A stretch of DNA of 64,000 nt from Octopus sinensis (lineage: Eukaryota): the NCBI RefSeq assembly GCF_006345805.1, contig NW_021832275.1:1-64000 (forward strand), in the 5' to 3' direction. Numbering within the stretch: the first letter of the stretch is position 1; every line of letters starts with the position of its first letter. The notes under the pieces were generated by a model, which saw only the letters and a list, made by a program, of their open reading frames with translations, had not been told where the DNA came from and ran no database searches. Positions 52,020 to 64,000 of the stretch are shown one piece after another. The position numbers were made by a program, and so were the translations under genes.

Positions 52020-52745
52020 TGTGCGCATATATATATATATCATCATCATCATCGTTTAACGTCCGCTTTCCATGCTAGCATGGGTTGGATGAATGACTGA
52101 AGGCTGGTGAACCAGATGGCTGCACCAGGTTTCAATCTTGATCTGGCAGAGTTTCTACAGCTGGATGCCATTCCTAACACCAACCACTCCAAGAGTGTAG
52201 GGGCTGCTTTTACGTGCCACCCGCATGGGCCAGTCAGGCGGTACTGGCAACAACCTCGCTTGAATCTTTTACACATGCCACCGGCACAGATGCAGGTAGG
52301 CGATGCTGGTAACGATCATGCTCGAATGGTGTTTTTTATGTGCCACTGGCACGGAGGCCAGATAAACGCTCTGGCAACGATCATGCTCAGATGGTGCTCT
52401 TAGTACCCTGCTAGCACGGGGCTCAAGTGCCAGTAAGACGATGCTGGTAATGATCACTCTCGAATGGTGCCTTTCAAGTGCCACTGGCATGGAAGCCGGT
52501 TACCCACTCTCTCAATGATCACACTCGTATGGTGCTCTTTGCACCCCGCTAGCATGGACGCCAGTCATCGAATTTGATTTTGATTTTCATTTTTGATTTC
52601 ACTTGCCTCAACAGGTCTTTGCAAGCAGAGTTTTAGTGTCCAAAGAAGGAAAAGGTACACATAAGTGGGCTGGTAATGCCCCTGGCATAGGCCACGAGAT
52701 TATGGTCTCATTTGGCTTGCCGGGTCTTCTCACGCACGGCATATT
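52020..52745 (-). mobile_element. RTE 3' UTR copy with decayed minisatellite
   Basis: (GAT)n tail; conserved cctcaacaggtctt and gccgggtcttctc blocks. Confidence 0.85.
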
Positions 52746-53129
52746 TCCATATATATATATATATATATATAATTCATCCATACCTGAAAATAAATTATAT
52801 CCATTAACAGTTATTTTTAATACTTTTCTCATTGTATTGTGTATTTGTTTCTTTTTTGCATCTGTTATTTTATTTTTGATCTTCTATATAAATGAGATAT
52901 CCTTTAATTTTCTGCTTTTGTTTACATGAAATGAGAAGATACATTGCAGAACTGTTATTTTAACAAGTTATATCTATTTATTACCTGAAGAGATACATCT
53001 GCACTATCAGATGCTCCTGAACCAGTTATTAAGAGTCTCACCTGTGAGGGATTGATGCTAGATGTGTTGAAACAATTGTAGTGATTAATAAAACTTCTTG
53101 TATCTTCCATCTTCTGTCTTTCATATCAG

Positions 53130-55185
53130 GTAATGAAGCTTACGGAGGGGGTCATAGCCCAACTGGATCAAGTAATGAAGGTTGCGGAGAGGGTCATAGC
53201 CCAACTGATTAGGGAGTGAGTCGGCTTGGATGAGATGCAGTTTGGTTTCGTGCCAGAGAAAAGCACCACCGATGCCATATTTCTGGGAAGACAGCTGCAG
53301 GAGAAATACCTAGCCAAAGATAAGCCCCTGTACCTGGCTTTCATTGACGTGGAGAAAGCTTTTGACAGGGTCACTGCTAGTAAAGTGAGGGTTGGCAACG
53401 AGTACACTGAAGAATTCAGGATAGACGTAGGGGTCCACCAAGGTTCAGTCCTCAGCCCCCTCCTATTTATCATAGTCCTCCAGGCAATAACGGAGGAATT
53501 CAAGACAGGAAGCCCCTGGGAGCTCCTATAAGCTGATGACCTTGCTCTAATTGCTGAGTCACTATCAGAACTAGAGGCAAAGTTTCAAGTGTGGAGACAA
53601 GGATTAGAATCGTAGGGCCTTAGAATCAACCTAGCTAAAACCAAAGTCCTAATATGTAGGAAGGCAGGCAAACCACAAATCCCTTCAGGTAGATGGCCCT
53701 GCTCAATCTGTAGTAGAGGTGTAGGTAGAAACTCTATAAGATGTACCCAGTGTAAGCTATGGACACATAAGATGTGCAGTAATATCAAAGGGAGGCTAAC
53801 TGGGAAGATAGTTTTTGTATGTGGCAGATGCTCGAGAGCAATAAACACCGAAAATGCACTGAGACCAGCTTCCGCCTCATTCCAGGGAGAAAAACTAGAA
53901 GTAGTTGATAGCTTCCGTTACCTAGGGGACCAAATGAGTAGCAGACGAGGGTGCACTGAAAGTGTAGCTGCTAGAATAAGAATAGCTTGGGCAAAGTTCA
54001 GAGAGCTCTTACCTCTGTTGGCGACAAAGGGCCTCTTGCTCAGAGTAAAAGGTAGACTGTATGATGCTTGTGTACGAACAGCCATGCTACATGGCAGTGA
54101 AACATGGGCTGTGACTGCTGAGGACATGCGTAAGCTCGCAAGGAATGAAGCCAGTATGATCCGATGGAAGTGTAATGTCAGTGTGCATACTCAACTGAGT
54201 GTAAGTACCTTGAGAGAAAAGTTGGACCTAAGAAGCATCTGATGTGATGTGCAAGAGAAACGACTGCCCTGGTATGGTCATGTGGTGAGAATGGATGAGG
54301 ACAGCTGTGTGAAAAAGTGCCACACCCTAGCGGTTGAGGGAACCTGTGGAAGCAGCAGACCCAGGAAGACCTGGGATAAAGTGGTGAAGCATGACCTTTG
54401 AACTTTAGGACTCACCAAGGAAATGACTAGTGACCAAGACCATTGGAAATATGCCATGCATGAGAAGACCTGGCAAGCCAAATGAAACCATAATCTCATG
54501 GCCTATGCCAGGGGCGTAACCAGCCCACTTGTACGTAACCTTTTCCTTCTTTGGTCACTAAAACTCTACTTGCGAATACCTGCTGAGGCAAGTGAAATCA
54601 AATCAAATCAATCAAAAGCAAAATTAAAATCAAATTCGATGACTGACGTCCATGCTGGCAGGGTGCAAAGAGCACCATATGAGCATGATCATTGACAGAG
54701 CGGCTAACCGGCTTCAGTGCCAGTGGCATTTAAAGGGCACCATTCGAGCATGATCATTACCAGCATCGCCTTACTGGCACTTGTGCCCGTGCTAGTAGGG
54801 TGCCAAGAGCACCATCCCAGTGTGATCATTGCCAGAGCAGCCAACTGGCTTCTGTGCCAGTGGCACATAAAAGGGCACCATTCAAGCGAGATCGTTACCA
54901 AAGTTGCCTTAATGGCACCTGTGCTGGTGGCATGTGTAAAAGGATTCGAGTGAGGTCATTGCCAGTAACACCTGACTGGCCCCCGTACCGGTGGCACGTA
55001 AAATGTACCCACTACACTCTCGGAGTGGTTGGCATTAGGAAGGGCATCCAGCTGTAGAAACTCTGCCAAATCAAGATTGGAGACTGGTGCAACCATCTGG
55101 TTTGCCAGCCCTCAGTCAAAATCGTCCAACCCATGCTAGCATGAAAAGCGGACGTTAAACGATGATGATGATGAGGAGGAGGATG
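53130..55185 (+). mobile_element. 5'-truncated, decayed RTE LINE (PHD family)
   Basis: ORFs 53226-53531 and 53772-54242, then 3' UTR repeats and a (GAT)n tail. Confidence 0.92.
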
Positions 55186-55499
55186 ATGATATATGATATG
55201 TGTGTGTGCATGTGTGTATATATATAATATCAACCCATGCTAGCATAGAAAACGGACGCTAAACGATGATGATGATGATGATGATGATGTGTGTGTGTTT
55301 ATGTATATAACATAAATAAAAGATATACATATTTACAGATATTTTGTTGAATGGCCGTTGACTGCTCATGAATTCCTCAGCCCTCCTCACCAAGCAAGCC
55401 TGGTGGGGTTGCCAGTTTAGTCGCCGATGACCTGACCATGCAACAGGTTGTACTGAATTACATGTTACCAGTAGCACTTGAGAGCAACCTGACATAAAT

Positions 55500-58420
55500 A
55501 TAAACATCCTTTGAATTTTGGCTGTTGGAATGTGGGCACACTTCTTGATGATAATTTCAACAAGAGGCAGAAAGGCATACTGAACTTATTGCATGTGAGC
55601 TTAAAAAATATTCCCTTGATATAGTTGCACTCTCTGGTGAGGGTCATGTAAACGAACCTACTTATGGATATATTATCTTTTGGAGAGGCCTACCTAAATG
55701 TCAGTGTAGAGGATCTGGTGTTGGGTTTGCTCTCAAGTATTCATTAGTATCCTCCATTGCAGAGTTTCCAAGTGGTATATCTGAATGAACCATGTCATGC
55801 TGTATTAAACTGACAAAAGGTAGGTTCCTTACCATTGTCAGTATTTATGCACCAACAATATCCCATTCTGATGAAACTGTAAGACAGTTTTATGATGATC
55901 TAGCACAATTATTGAGAAAAATACCAATTTCTGACAAGTTGGTCATACTGGGAGATTTCAAGGCAAGAGTTAGAAAGCTCTTTTGACCTTTTGTACTGAG
56001 AATAATCTGGTTGTTGTCAACACTCTGTTTAAACAGAAAAATAAATATAAAACCACCTGGATGCACCCAAGATCTAAGCACTGACATCTCATAGATAATA
56101 TTTTGATCAGAAAACATGATATGAAAGATGTTTGTAGTATTTAGGAGAGGAGCAGAGAGCTGGACTGACCACTGTCTAGTGCATGGAAAAATTAATTTTT
56201 CATTAATGCCTAAAAATCGATCGTCTGGTCCTAACATACCCAAAAAGTTAAATGTTGCAAACTTTAAATTATCAAGCAACTTGCAAAGATTCCACGATGC
56301 TATAGAAAGTATCGATCTTAACCCAAGCAATCTATGGGAAGACTTCAAAACAAAAGTATTTCAGGCTGCAAGTTCATCAGTGGGATTTAAATCACGTAAG
56401 TCCAGTGACTGGTTCTCAGATAGATCAGCAGAAATTCATGATCTACTTTTAGAAAAACAAAACTTAGGCAATACACTTCTTTCTCAGTCCTTGAACCCCA
56501 ACTCAAACAAAGCTTACAGTAAGCTGAAAGCTAAGGAAGATTAAACAGGAAAGGGGGAATGATAGATCAAATGAGACACAAGAAGCAGCTGATAGAAATA
56601 ATGACAAGGGTTTGTACTCTTATGTTAAGGAGTTGTATGGCCCAAAATTTTCTTCAGTAGCTCCAGCGAGAACAGCAGATGGACGTTTGCTTCAGACTGA
56701 CACTACTTCTATTCATAAGTGGGTAGAACATTTTTCTGCACTTTTAAATGGATCATCATCCGCTGACATGAGGATGATAGAAAAAGTCAAACACCTTCCA
56801 GCTATAGAAGAGATGGCATTTGAACCAACTCTAAATGACATTTATTTAGCTGTGAATAAGCTGAATAACAATAAGTCTCGAGGGTCTGATGGAATCTATG
56901 CAGAAGTCTTGAAATATGGGGGTGACAAAATGTTTGAATTCTTAAATATATTAATTTGTCACTGTTGGAGAAATGAGAAAGTGCCTCAAGACTGGATCAA
57001 TGCCATTTTAGTCTTCTTGTATAAATCAAGGCCAAAGAATCTGTGTGGTAATTTTTGTGAGACTTCGCTTTTGTCCGTGGTTGGAAGGTACTTGCCCGCA
57101 TTCTGTTAGAACATTTAAATACCTTCATAGTTCCAAATATAGTGTCTGAGTCTAAGTGTGGTTTTCGTTCCTCCAGGGCCACAGCTGATTTTATCTTTAC
57201 TATCAGACAATTTCAAGAAAAGTGCATTGAACAGAATTTTGCTCTATACCATTACTTTGTTGATTTGAGCAAAGCATTCAATACTGTTAATCAAAATGCT
57301 CTGTGGCTAATTCTAAGGAAAATAGGTTGCCCAGAAAAATTTGTAAATATGATCAAGATATGAAAGCTAGAGTTAATTTTGGTGGGAGGCTCTCTGGTGG
57401 TTGGCTCTCTGAATCTCTCAAGTTACTTGATGTTGTTGATTCGTTCATCTACCTTTGAAGCTCTGTACAAAATGATGGAAATCTTGATACAGAAATACAT
57501 CTGTGAATTGAAAGGGCAGCAAAAGCATTTGGTGGCTTGGAGTCATGCGTTTGGCTCCAGCAACATATAAATAACAATTCAAAGTTGGCTCTTTACAAAT
57601 CATTTATCTTACCATCCTTGTTGTATTCTTGTGAAGCATGGACATGTTATGAAAGGCATTTTAAATTGTTAGAACAATTCCACCAAAATTGCCTTCATCA
57701 CATTCTAATCATTAACTGGATTTCTTTTACTCCAAACAGATATCCTTGCATTTGCAGGTATCACCTCAGTTAAAGCTCTGATTTTGAGAAACTAAATGAG
57801 ATGGTTTGGCCATATTGTTTGAATGGCAGATGAATGCATGCCCAAATAGCTGTTTTATGGTGAGCTTGCAGAGGGGAAATGCTATTGGCATAAACCTAAA
57901 AAAAGGTTCAAGGATGGCACAAGGACTACTATGATGTCACTTGGAATGGATCCAGAGGACAGAGAAACCCTTGCTTTGGATCAAGCTGGATGGTGAACAA
58001 AAGTGTGGAGTGGAGTGAAAGTGTTTGAAGAGGCCAGGATAATGCATGCAAGACTCAAAAGAGATTTAAGGAAGAATTTTATGATCAAGAAGGTGAATGA
58101 CAATGATCTTTTTGTGTGCACAGTTTGTGACAGACCATGCTTTTCTTTTGCTGGGCTCAAATCTCATTTGCAAACCCATGAAAAACGAACCTCCACCAAC
58201 TATTCTGCCTATATGTCTGTGCACACCTTTGAATGCAATGTATGCCAGCAGGTTTGCAATCAAACAGAGGCCTCAAAAGACATTTTAAGATCCACAAAGA
58301 TCAGAAGTTATCTGCAGCTCTTGGTGGTCCAAATTGGATATGCAATCTATGCAGGTGTCTTTTCAGAACATTGTCTGGTTTAAAAAGCCACATCAGATGC
58401 CATGATGGTTCTAAGGTGTA
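55500..58420 (+). mobile_element. Decayed near full-length RTE (BovB-like) LINE: APE, RT with internal deletion, C-terminal C2H2 fingers
   Basis: IVSIYAPT, ILGDFKARV, DHCLV, GSDGIYAEVLK, CGFRSSR, FVDLSKAF, LLYSCEAW; CTVC..H..H, CNVC, CNLC..HIRCH. Confidence 0.88.
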
Positions 58421-58510
58421 GGTACAGGAGGTGGTCAAACTCTGCATAAGGAGTAGAAAACCACCACCTATGTGTGTGTGTGTGTGTGTTTGTGTACATA
58501 TGTATATATG

Positions 58511-58573
<63 letters not shown>

Positions 58574-58947
58574 TGCATACATATATATGTATTCAAACGG
58601 CGGTGCATCAGCATGGCCGCAGCTCTGAGCTGAAAAAAAAAAAAAAAAAAATGTATGTATGTATGTTTGTATGTACAAGGATGATTTAGCGAATGGCTAA
58701 TGTGTTTATATTAATTTTTTATATGTACAATGCATATATGTATTTCAAATTTTTAAATATGCATTTGTGTTTGGTGGAAGCTTATCTTAAGAAGGAAATG
58801 GTAAATAAGTGAATATGTATGTTTATTAGCATACCACTTGTCACTTTCCAAATCATTGATTAATGTATGATACCAGATGATACAAAAGCATGTTTATCTT
58901 TCTATTTGTTGTTATATTTAATTTCATCTTTTTTGTATTTAATTCAG

Positions 58948-59167
58948 TGTTCATCCTGTAAAAATAGTTATCTTGGCGAACCAACGGATGGTCACCAGTG
59001 CTACAGCCAGATGGATGTAGATTCCGACTACTGTTTTGACCCTGATGACCGCAATGCTTGTGGCAGCAACTACAAGCCATTGTTAAAAGGCCGGACTCTT
59101 TTTTATGCTGTCCAGCCTAAATATCTCAATGTTAACATCCGTATCACTATTGATGTTACCCAAGGCG
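58948..59167 (+). CDS. MEGF8: MEGF8 penultimate coding exon (laminin-EGF end and juxtamembrane region)
   Basis: ttcag|TGT acceptor, GGCG|gtaag donor; CSSCKNSYLGEPTDGHQCY...CFDP...GRTLFYAVQPKYLNVNIRITIDVTQG recognised as MEGF8. The phase-1 donor matches the next exon. Confidence 0.92.
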
Positions 59168-60694
59168 GTAAGTTTTAAGCTAACATTTTTCTTTGTATTA
59201 ATATGAAAGGAAAAGATTTCAATTTATTAGTTCTAAGGTATTTATGGATTATATTTGTTTGGAAGTAACTGGCTGTTTACTGTATGGATATATTTTATTG
59301 TTTGGAAAAATGGAAAGTATTAAAAATGAAGGCAAAGTTTTTATCTGTCTGAACTTTCAAAACCAGACAAAGCAATGTTAAAAGTCAGTTACCGCAGGCT
59401 ATTGAATCATTTACACAAGTGAAATATCTGCTAACTGAAACCAAAATGCTTGTTCATTTTCCCCCAATTTCCCACTTGTCTTGTAGCTTTAACAAGTGTT
59501 CTCTTTTTGAAATTTCTTACTTTGACTTTATTTTACTACCCTATGAAAATATTTAATGAAGCAAAATAACTAAGAATGCAGCAACTGACAACTTGTTTTA
59601 CCTCTAGATCAGTACACATATTTGCCACCCAAAGAATAGATTATGTTAGATAAGCAGTAGACTAGAGATTGTCTAAGCTAACAAGTCAGACAATAAATTT
59701 CTCTTACAGTCAATGAAAGTACCATTTTATATGATGCCTTGAAAGGCTTTCATGTTTTCACGGAACCTGAATCAATGTACAGTTTGACATCTAATCTTCA
59801 TTACACCTTGAAGCTTGTCATTGTCTGAACAAAGATGTAAGAGTGTGGTCATAAATCTTTCTGTTATGCTAACAATCAAAACTGAAAACACAATGTACAG
59901 CTCCACTATGAACCTTCCACATCGATTTTTTTAATACCTAAATTGGAAAACAGGCTCTGGCTATAATCTCTGTGATATGATTGGTGTGGGTTACATTTAG
60001 CTTGAACATCTGCAGGGTAACACCTATAGGGAAAATATGAGTGAGACAGGAATTCCATGAGGTTGATGTTCCATCAAGGAAGGATTGGGTGAAAGCCTGA
60101 GACAGGTGCTATAGCTGGAGATGGTATGCAATTACATAATTTAGAAGAGCAGAAATCATTCTAGTTGTAATAGAATAGGTAGAGTGAGGAGTCAGTAAGT
60201 CCGTAAGTTAGGGATTGTAGTGAGTTAGGAAGGAGTCTTTGTCAATGAGTTGGATGACTTTCTTTTCAATACTGTTTAGGGTGATTGAATATGTATCAGC
60301 AGCACCATCATAGTGTTACTAGTACACATATAAGAGCACTTAAGTATATGAGGTCATATAGAAAGACCATAAGAGCTTGCAATGTCTAAAATTTGAGCAA
60401 CCTTGATGGTTTTAATTGCATATTGTTGAAGACAGACAGTTAGTGTGAGTGTGTGTGTTACAAGATTATTTCCTTGATGTAAGCAATTCGATTGCCATGA
60501 CTCACTTATTGTAGCAGTATAGGTTTGTTGTTGGGTAAACAGGTTGCTGTTTTGTTATTTAGTCTCAGTGAAACTCTGCTCAAGAAGTCAATGATCTCAT
60601 TTGTTTGAATTTCAATGACTATTAGTATGTCAGTGATTCAATGTCTCATCTATTTAATGTGGTAGGGTGTGATTTTGAGAGATATTTGGCTGTT

Positions 60695-60965
60695 GCACAT
60701 ATGGCGTAGTGGTTAAAAACACGGGCTACTAACCCCAAGATTCTGAGTTCGATTCCAAGCAGTGACCTGAACACTGACAATCATCATCATCATCAATAAT
60801 AATAATAATAATAACATCGTAAAATACCTTAGGAATGAGAACCCAGGTTTGAAATTTCCCCAAGACACCTGAAGAAGGCTGGAGGGTATATCAGCCAAAA
60901 CGTTGTGTCAGCAACAAACAAGATGAGGACAAATATCCGTCGAATGTAAATAATGTAAATAAAGC
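60695..60965 (+). mobile_element. tRNA-headed SINE-like element with a minimal HHR, in the MEGF8 intron
   Basis: A box TGGCGTAGTGG (60702-60712), B box GAGTTCGATTCC (60745-60756), (CAT)n(AAT)n linker, HHR at 60864-60909. Confidence 0.75.
60864..60909 (+). ncRNA. Minimal hammerhead ribozyme with G12A substitution (likely inactive copy)
   Basis: GACAC-CTGAAGA-A-GGCTGgagggtatatCAGCC-AAAAC-GTT/GTGTC; stem III is the loopless palindrome ACGT. Confidence 0.72.
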
Positions 60966-61092
60966 AAGAAACAATGTTTTATTTAATTTTATCTGTAATA
61001 TTTACTTTCAATGCTATAAGATCTTCATTTTGTAAAATACAATATCATTTCCTTCCAAATAAATGTTATCATAAATATTTCTTTCTGTTTAG

Positions 61093-61964
61093 GAGTTGAT
61101 GTCTACTTCTCACCTGATGATAAGACATTTGTTGTGGACCTTAACCGTGAAACATGGTTCCATGAAGTGAAACTTGATAAAAGTCTCAAATTTCAAGCTA
61201 TGTACCACGAATACATGCAATATACTCGGAATGATGTAAACTATTACTTAAGGAAAGAAGTTGCAAAAGATACCAACAAATTTATAACACTTGAACAAGC
61301 AAATACTACACTCAATGTAACTGATGTACGTTTTCGGCTTGTCATTACACTGCCTTTAGATGTACATGATTTGGAGAAATCTCAGTTTTACATAATTATT
61401 TATGGTCGTGGTGATATAAACAGTAATACCACTTACGGAAAGTTATTTTTCCGTCAAGACCAGCCCCATATTGACTTATTTGTATTTTTCAGTGTATTTT
61501 TCTCCTGCTTTTTCCTTTTTTTGGCAATTTGTGTTTTAATATGGAAAATAAAACAAACAGTCGATGCTCAACGCAGTCGGCAGCAACGAGCACGTGAAAT
61601 GCAACACATGGCATCCAGACCATTTGCAGGTGTTTTGGTTTTGGTTGATCATGATGTTGTTTTATCAAATCCAACCACACGAAAACTCAGAGTCAATAAA
61701 CCAACAGCACGCAGTCCTCAATGCCCTGAGGTTAATTTGATGCACCAATGTTTACGTGAAGACCACTTCAGTATCTCACCAATTGCAATAGAGCCAACTG
61801 AAGATGGTATAGCTTCTGTAGCAACAGTAGTGTTTCAGCTACCCGGGGGTGGAAGTACAGCTTCTAAAGTGTGTCTGGGCTCTGCCTTGACTATGCGTAT
61901 GTGTCCTGGAACTGCAAATTTAAGAATGACAATGCGCCGCCGTCCTAGCTCATCTCTTGCTTGA
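61093..61964 (+). CDS. MEGF8: MEGF8 last coding exon (transmembrane helix and cytoplasmic MASRPFA motif)
   Basis: tttag|GA acceptor gives GVDVYFSPDDKTFVV; FFRQDQPHIDLFVFFSVFFSCFFLFLAICVLIWK and EMQHMASRPFA are MEGF8 hallmarks; TGA at 61962-61964. Confidence 0.95.
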
Positions 61965-62622
61965 TCTTGATCACAACATCTGTTACTGTCAGGTGAAACA
62001 TTTCCATTACAGAAACTGAGTTTGAAGTCCAACAGAAAGCATGAAAAGAAAAACACACACAGTAAAATGTAAAGTAAGAAAGAGATATTTCTCAGGTGTT
62101 GGGACAAGAAAGCAAATTAACTTTCAAAGATCATTGTATTTAATGGGACTAGCCACATTAATTTATGAATTTCTCTTTTCTTTTTCATTGTACAAATTAA
62201 TGCAATCTCAATTGGTGTGACTACTGGCCAGTATTAACTGAAAGTAAGTGATTATTCTGTTCACTGTGTGAAGGTTGAACTGCCAAGCTGTTTGCTGACT
62301 TTTTCTAACAGCCTCCATTAAACATTTGCTGATCATCATTATCATATTGGTATTTTGTTTTTAAAAGCAGTATGGTAACTAGACAAATAGAGAAATAAAA
62401 CATTCTGCCAAATCCATTACAAAAGACATTGAATAATGCCTTGGAATTTGAAATATAAAACCTTCAAAACCAAAACAACCAAAATTTCTTCCTACATCAC
62501 TTTTGTGTACCATGTCATTATTTCTGTATATTATTTATTGCCTTTATTTTAATTCTACTACATTTTTATTGCAGTCAAGATTGTGGAAGTATTTTCTTTG
62601 GAAATGTTATTAGTTATTGAGT

Positions 62623-62656
<34 letters not shown>

Positions 62657-64000
62657 TGGCAGGGTGAAAGAGATGGAATGAGAAAGAGAGAATACATGTG
62701 TAAAGAGACACATTTTGAAAACACTTGGAAATGAAACAAAACAGACTGGAAAACTGACTTCAAAAGAATTCCTGAAACAAAATATGGAAATAAAAAGGAA
62801 AAATGAAATAAAATGAAATTTGGTAAAATATCTGGAAATCTGAAATATAAAGAAAATATTTTCTAACCCTTGAACTGTGGAATTTATCATGAATATAATT
62901 TTTTGTGGAAAATTTTGGTATCCGTATCTGATATTTTATCTAATTAAATGATAATTATCAATGAGATTTAAACATTTTTCAGATTAATAGATTAATTTCA
63001 TTTTATAGGCAATATCACCTTTATTTCAAATCTTGTACGGATATTTGTCTTTAGTGCAAGGGTTGTATTTTGACTGTATATACATATAGCTTTGAAAATA
63101 TTTCAGCATTCCCTTAGATTTTGATTATTGCTGCTTATAAACAGTTTTTATAAGTGTACATGCACATATTTCATTTCACACACATACATTCACACATAAA
63201 TTTCATCAATATGTATTGGTATTTTACTTATGTGTCTTTCAAAACTAATAAAAATATAGATTTAATATTTTTATGTCTGCCTGCTATTGATTTTTTTTTT
63301 TTATGGGATTATTTATAAAAACATTTACATTGAAAGGTAATATACCTAAACTTCAGCAAAAAGTATTCTTAAATGATCCTGAAAAGGTTTTGAATGTATA
63401 CTTATCAGATTTGTTTAAAGACAAAGAATTTTTTAATGTAATTTTTTATGTAATTTATTTACGATTTAATGCAGAATATAAAATATAAAATTTCATAAAT
63501 CATAAACTAGCTTTTCTAGTATACTGCGTTTTGAGATGTACATTTCATTGTTTAACATTCATGCATAATTTATTAATATTTTTGAATACTTGCAAAAAAT
63601 TAGGTTTTGTTACTTTTCAGACATCAGATCTTTCACTTCTGGTTCTACTGAAGCCATAGAAATACCAACTGATCAATTTTTAAAAAGTGGAATAATAAAA
63701 AAGAGGTTCAACATGTTTTTATCTAGCACTTCAGCCAGTATTGATTAAGAAAGGCCATTTATATACATTTATAACTTTAGTTGTTTGTTAGTGTAGAACA
63801 TATAATTGATAATTTTTGTTATTTTGGATATGTGGATGGATATCTTATTGATGTAAGAGAAGGGCAGAGAACTGTATTTGATATATTGAGACTTGTAATA
63901 TACATTATATTTTACGTAACTTGCAACATTATTTTGATATTTGTTTCTCTGAATCTGAGTTCAGTCGCAATTACAATGAAAGCAAAACTACCAACCAGTG

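Noticed and set aside
59700-60620. Possible old LINE endonuclease relic in the MEGF8 intron
   Set aside because: Composition is suggestive, but I could not recover diagnostic motifs, so it is not listed as a feature.

Overview
This window is eukaryotic, very AT-rich, repeat-dominated animal DNA. It is most consistent with an octopus genome, which is an inference from the SINE/LINE types, the kilobase (TA)n tracts and the protein style. The only host gene I can support is the 3' end of MEGF8 (+ strand, coding exons 58948-59167 and 61093-61964). I found no upstream exon in 1-58947, so most of the window may be a single very large intron. The rest is nested transposons sitting in (TA)n/(CA)n tracts: CR1/Jockey-type LINEs, two RTE families, tRNA-derived SINEs, a decayed Helitron, a decayed mariner, and several Penelope-like elements (PLEs), one of them nearly intact (9521-13867). 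The strongest unannotated signal is about 15 type I hammerhead ribozyme (HHR) motifs read by eye, from at least 7 unrelated repeat families; about 7 have an intact core. They include a 3x ~605-bp tandem array with one HHR per unit (retrozyme/circRNA-like), several HHRs with a greatly extended stem II, a ~4.45-kb inverted repeat with an HHR at each outer end, and a tRNA-headed SINE carrying an HHR. All RNA structures were paired by hand; no folding or database searches were run. Most ORF-track entries rich in Y/I/H/T/V/C/M are microsatellite artefacts.
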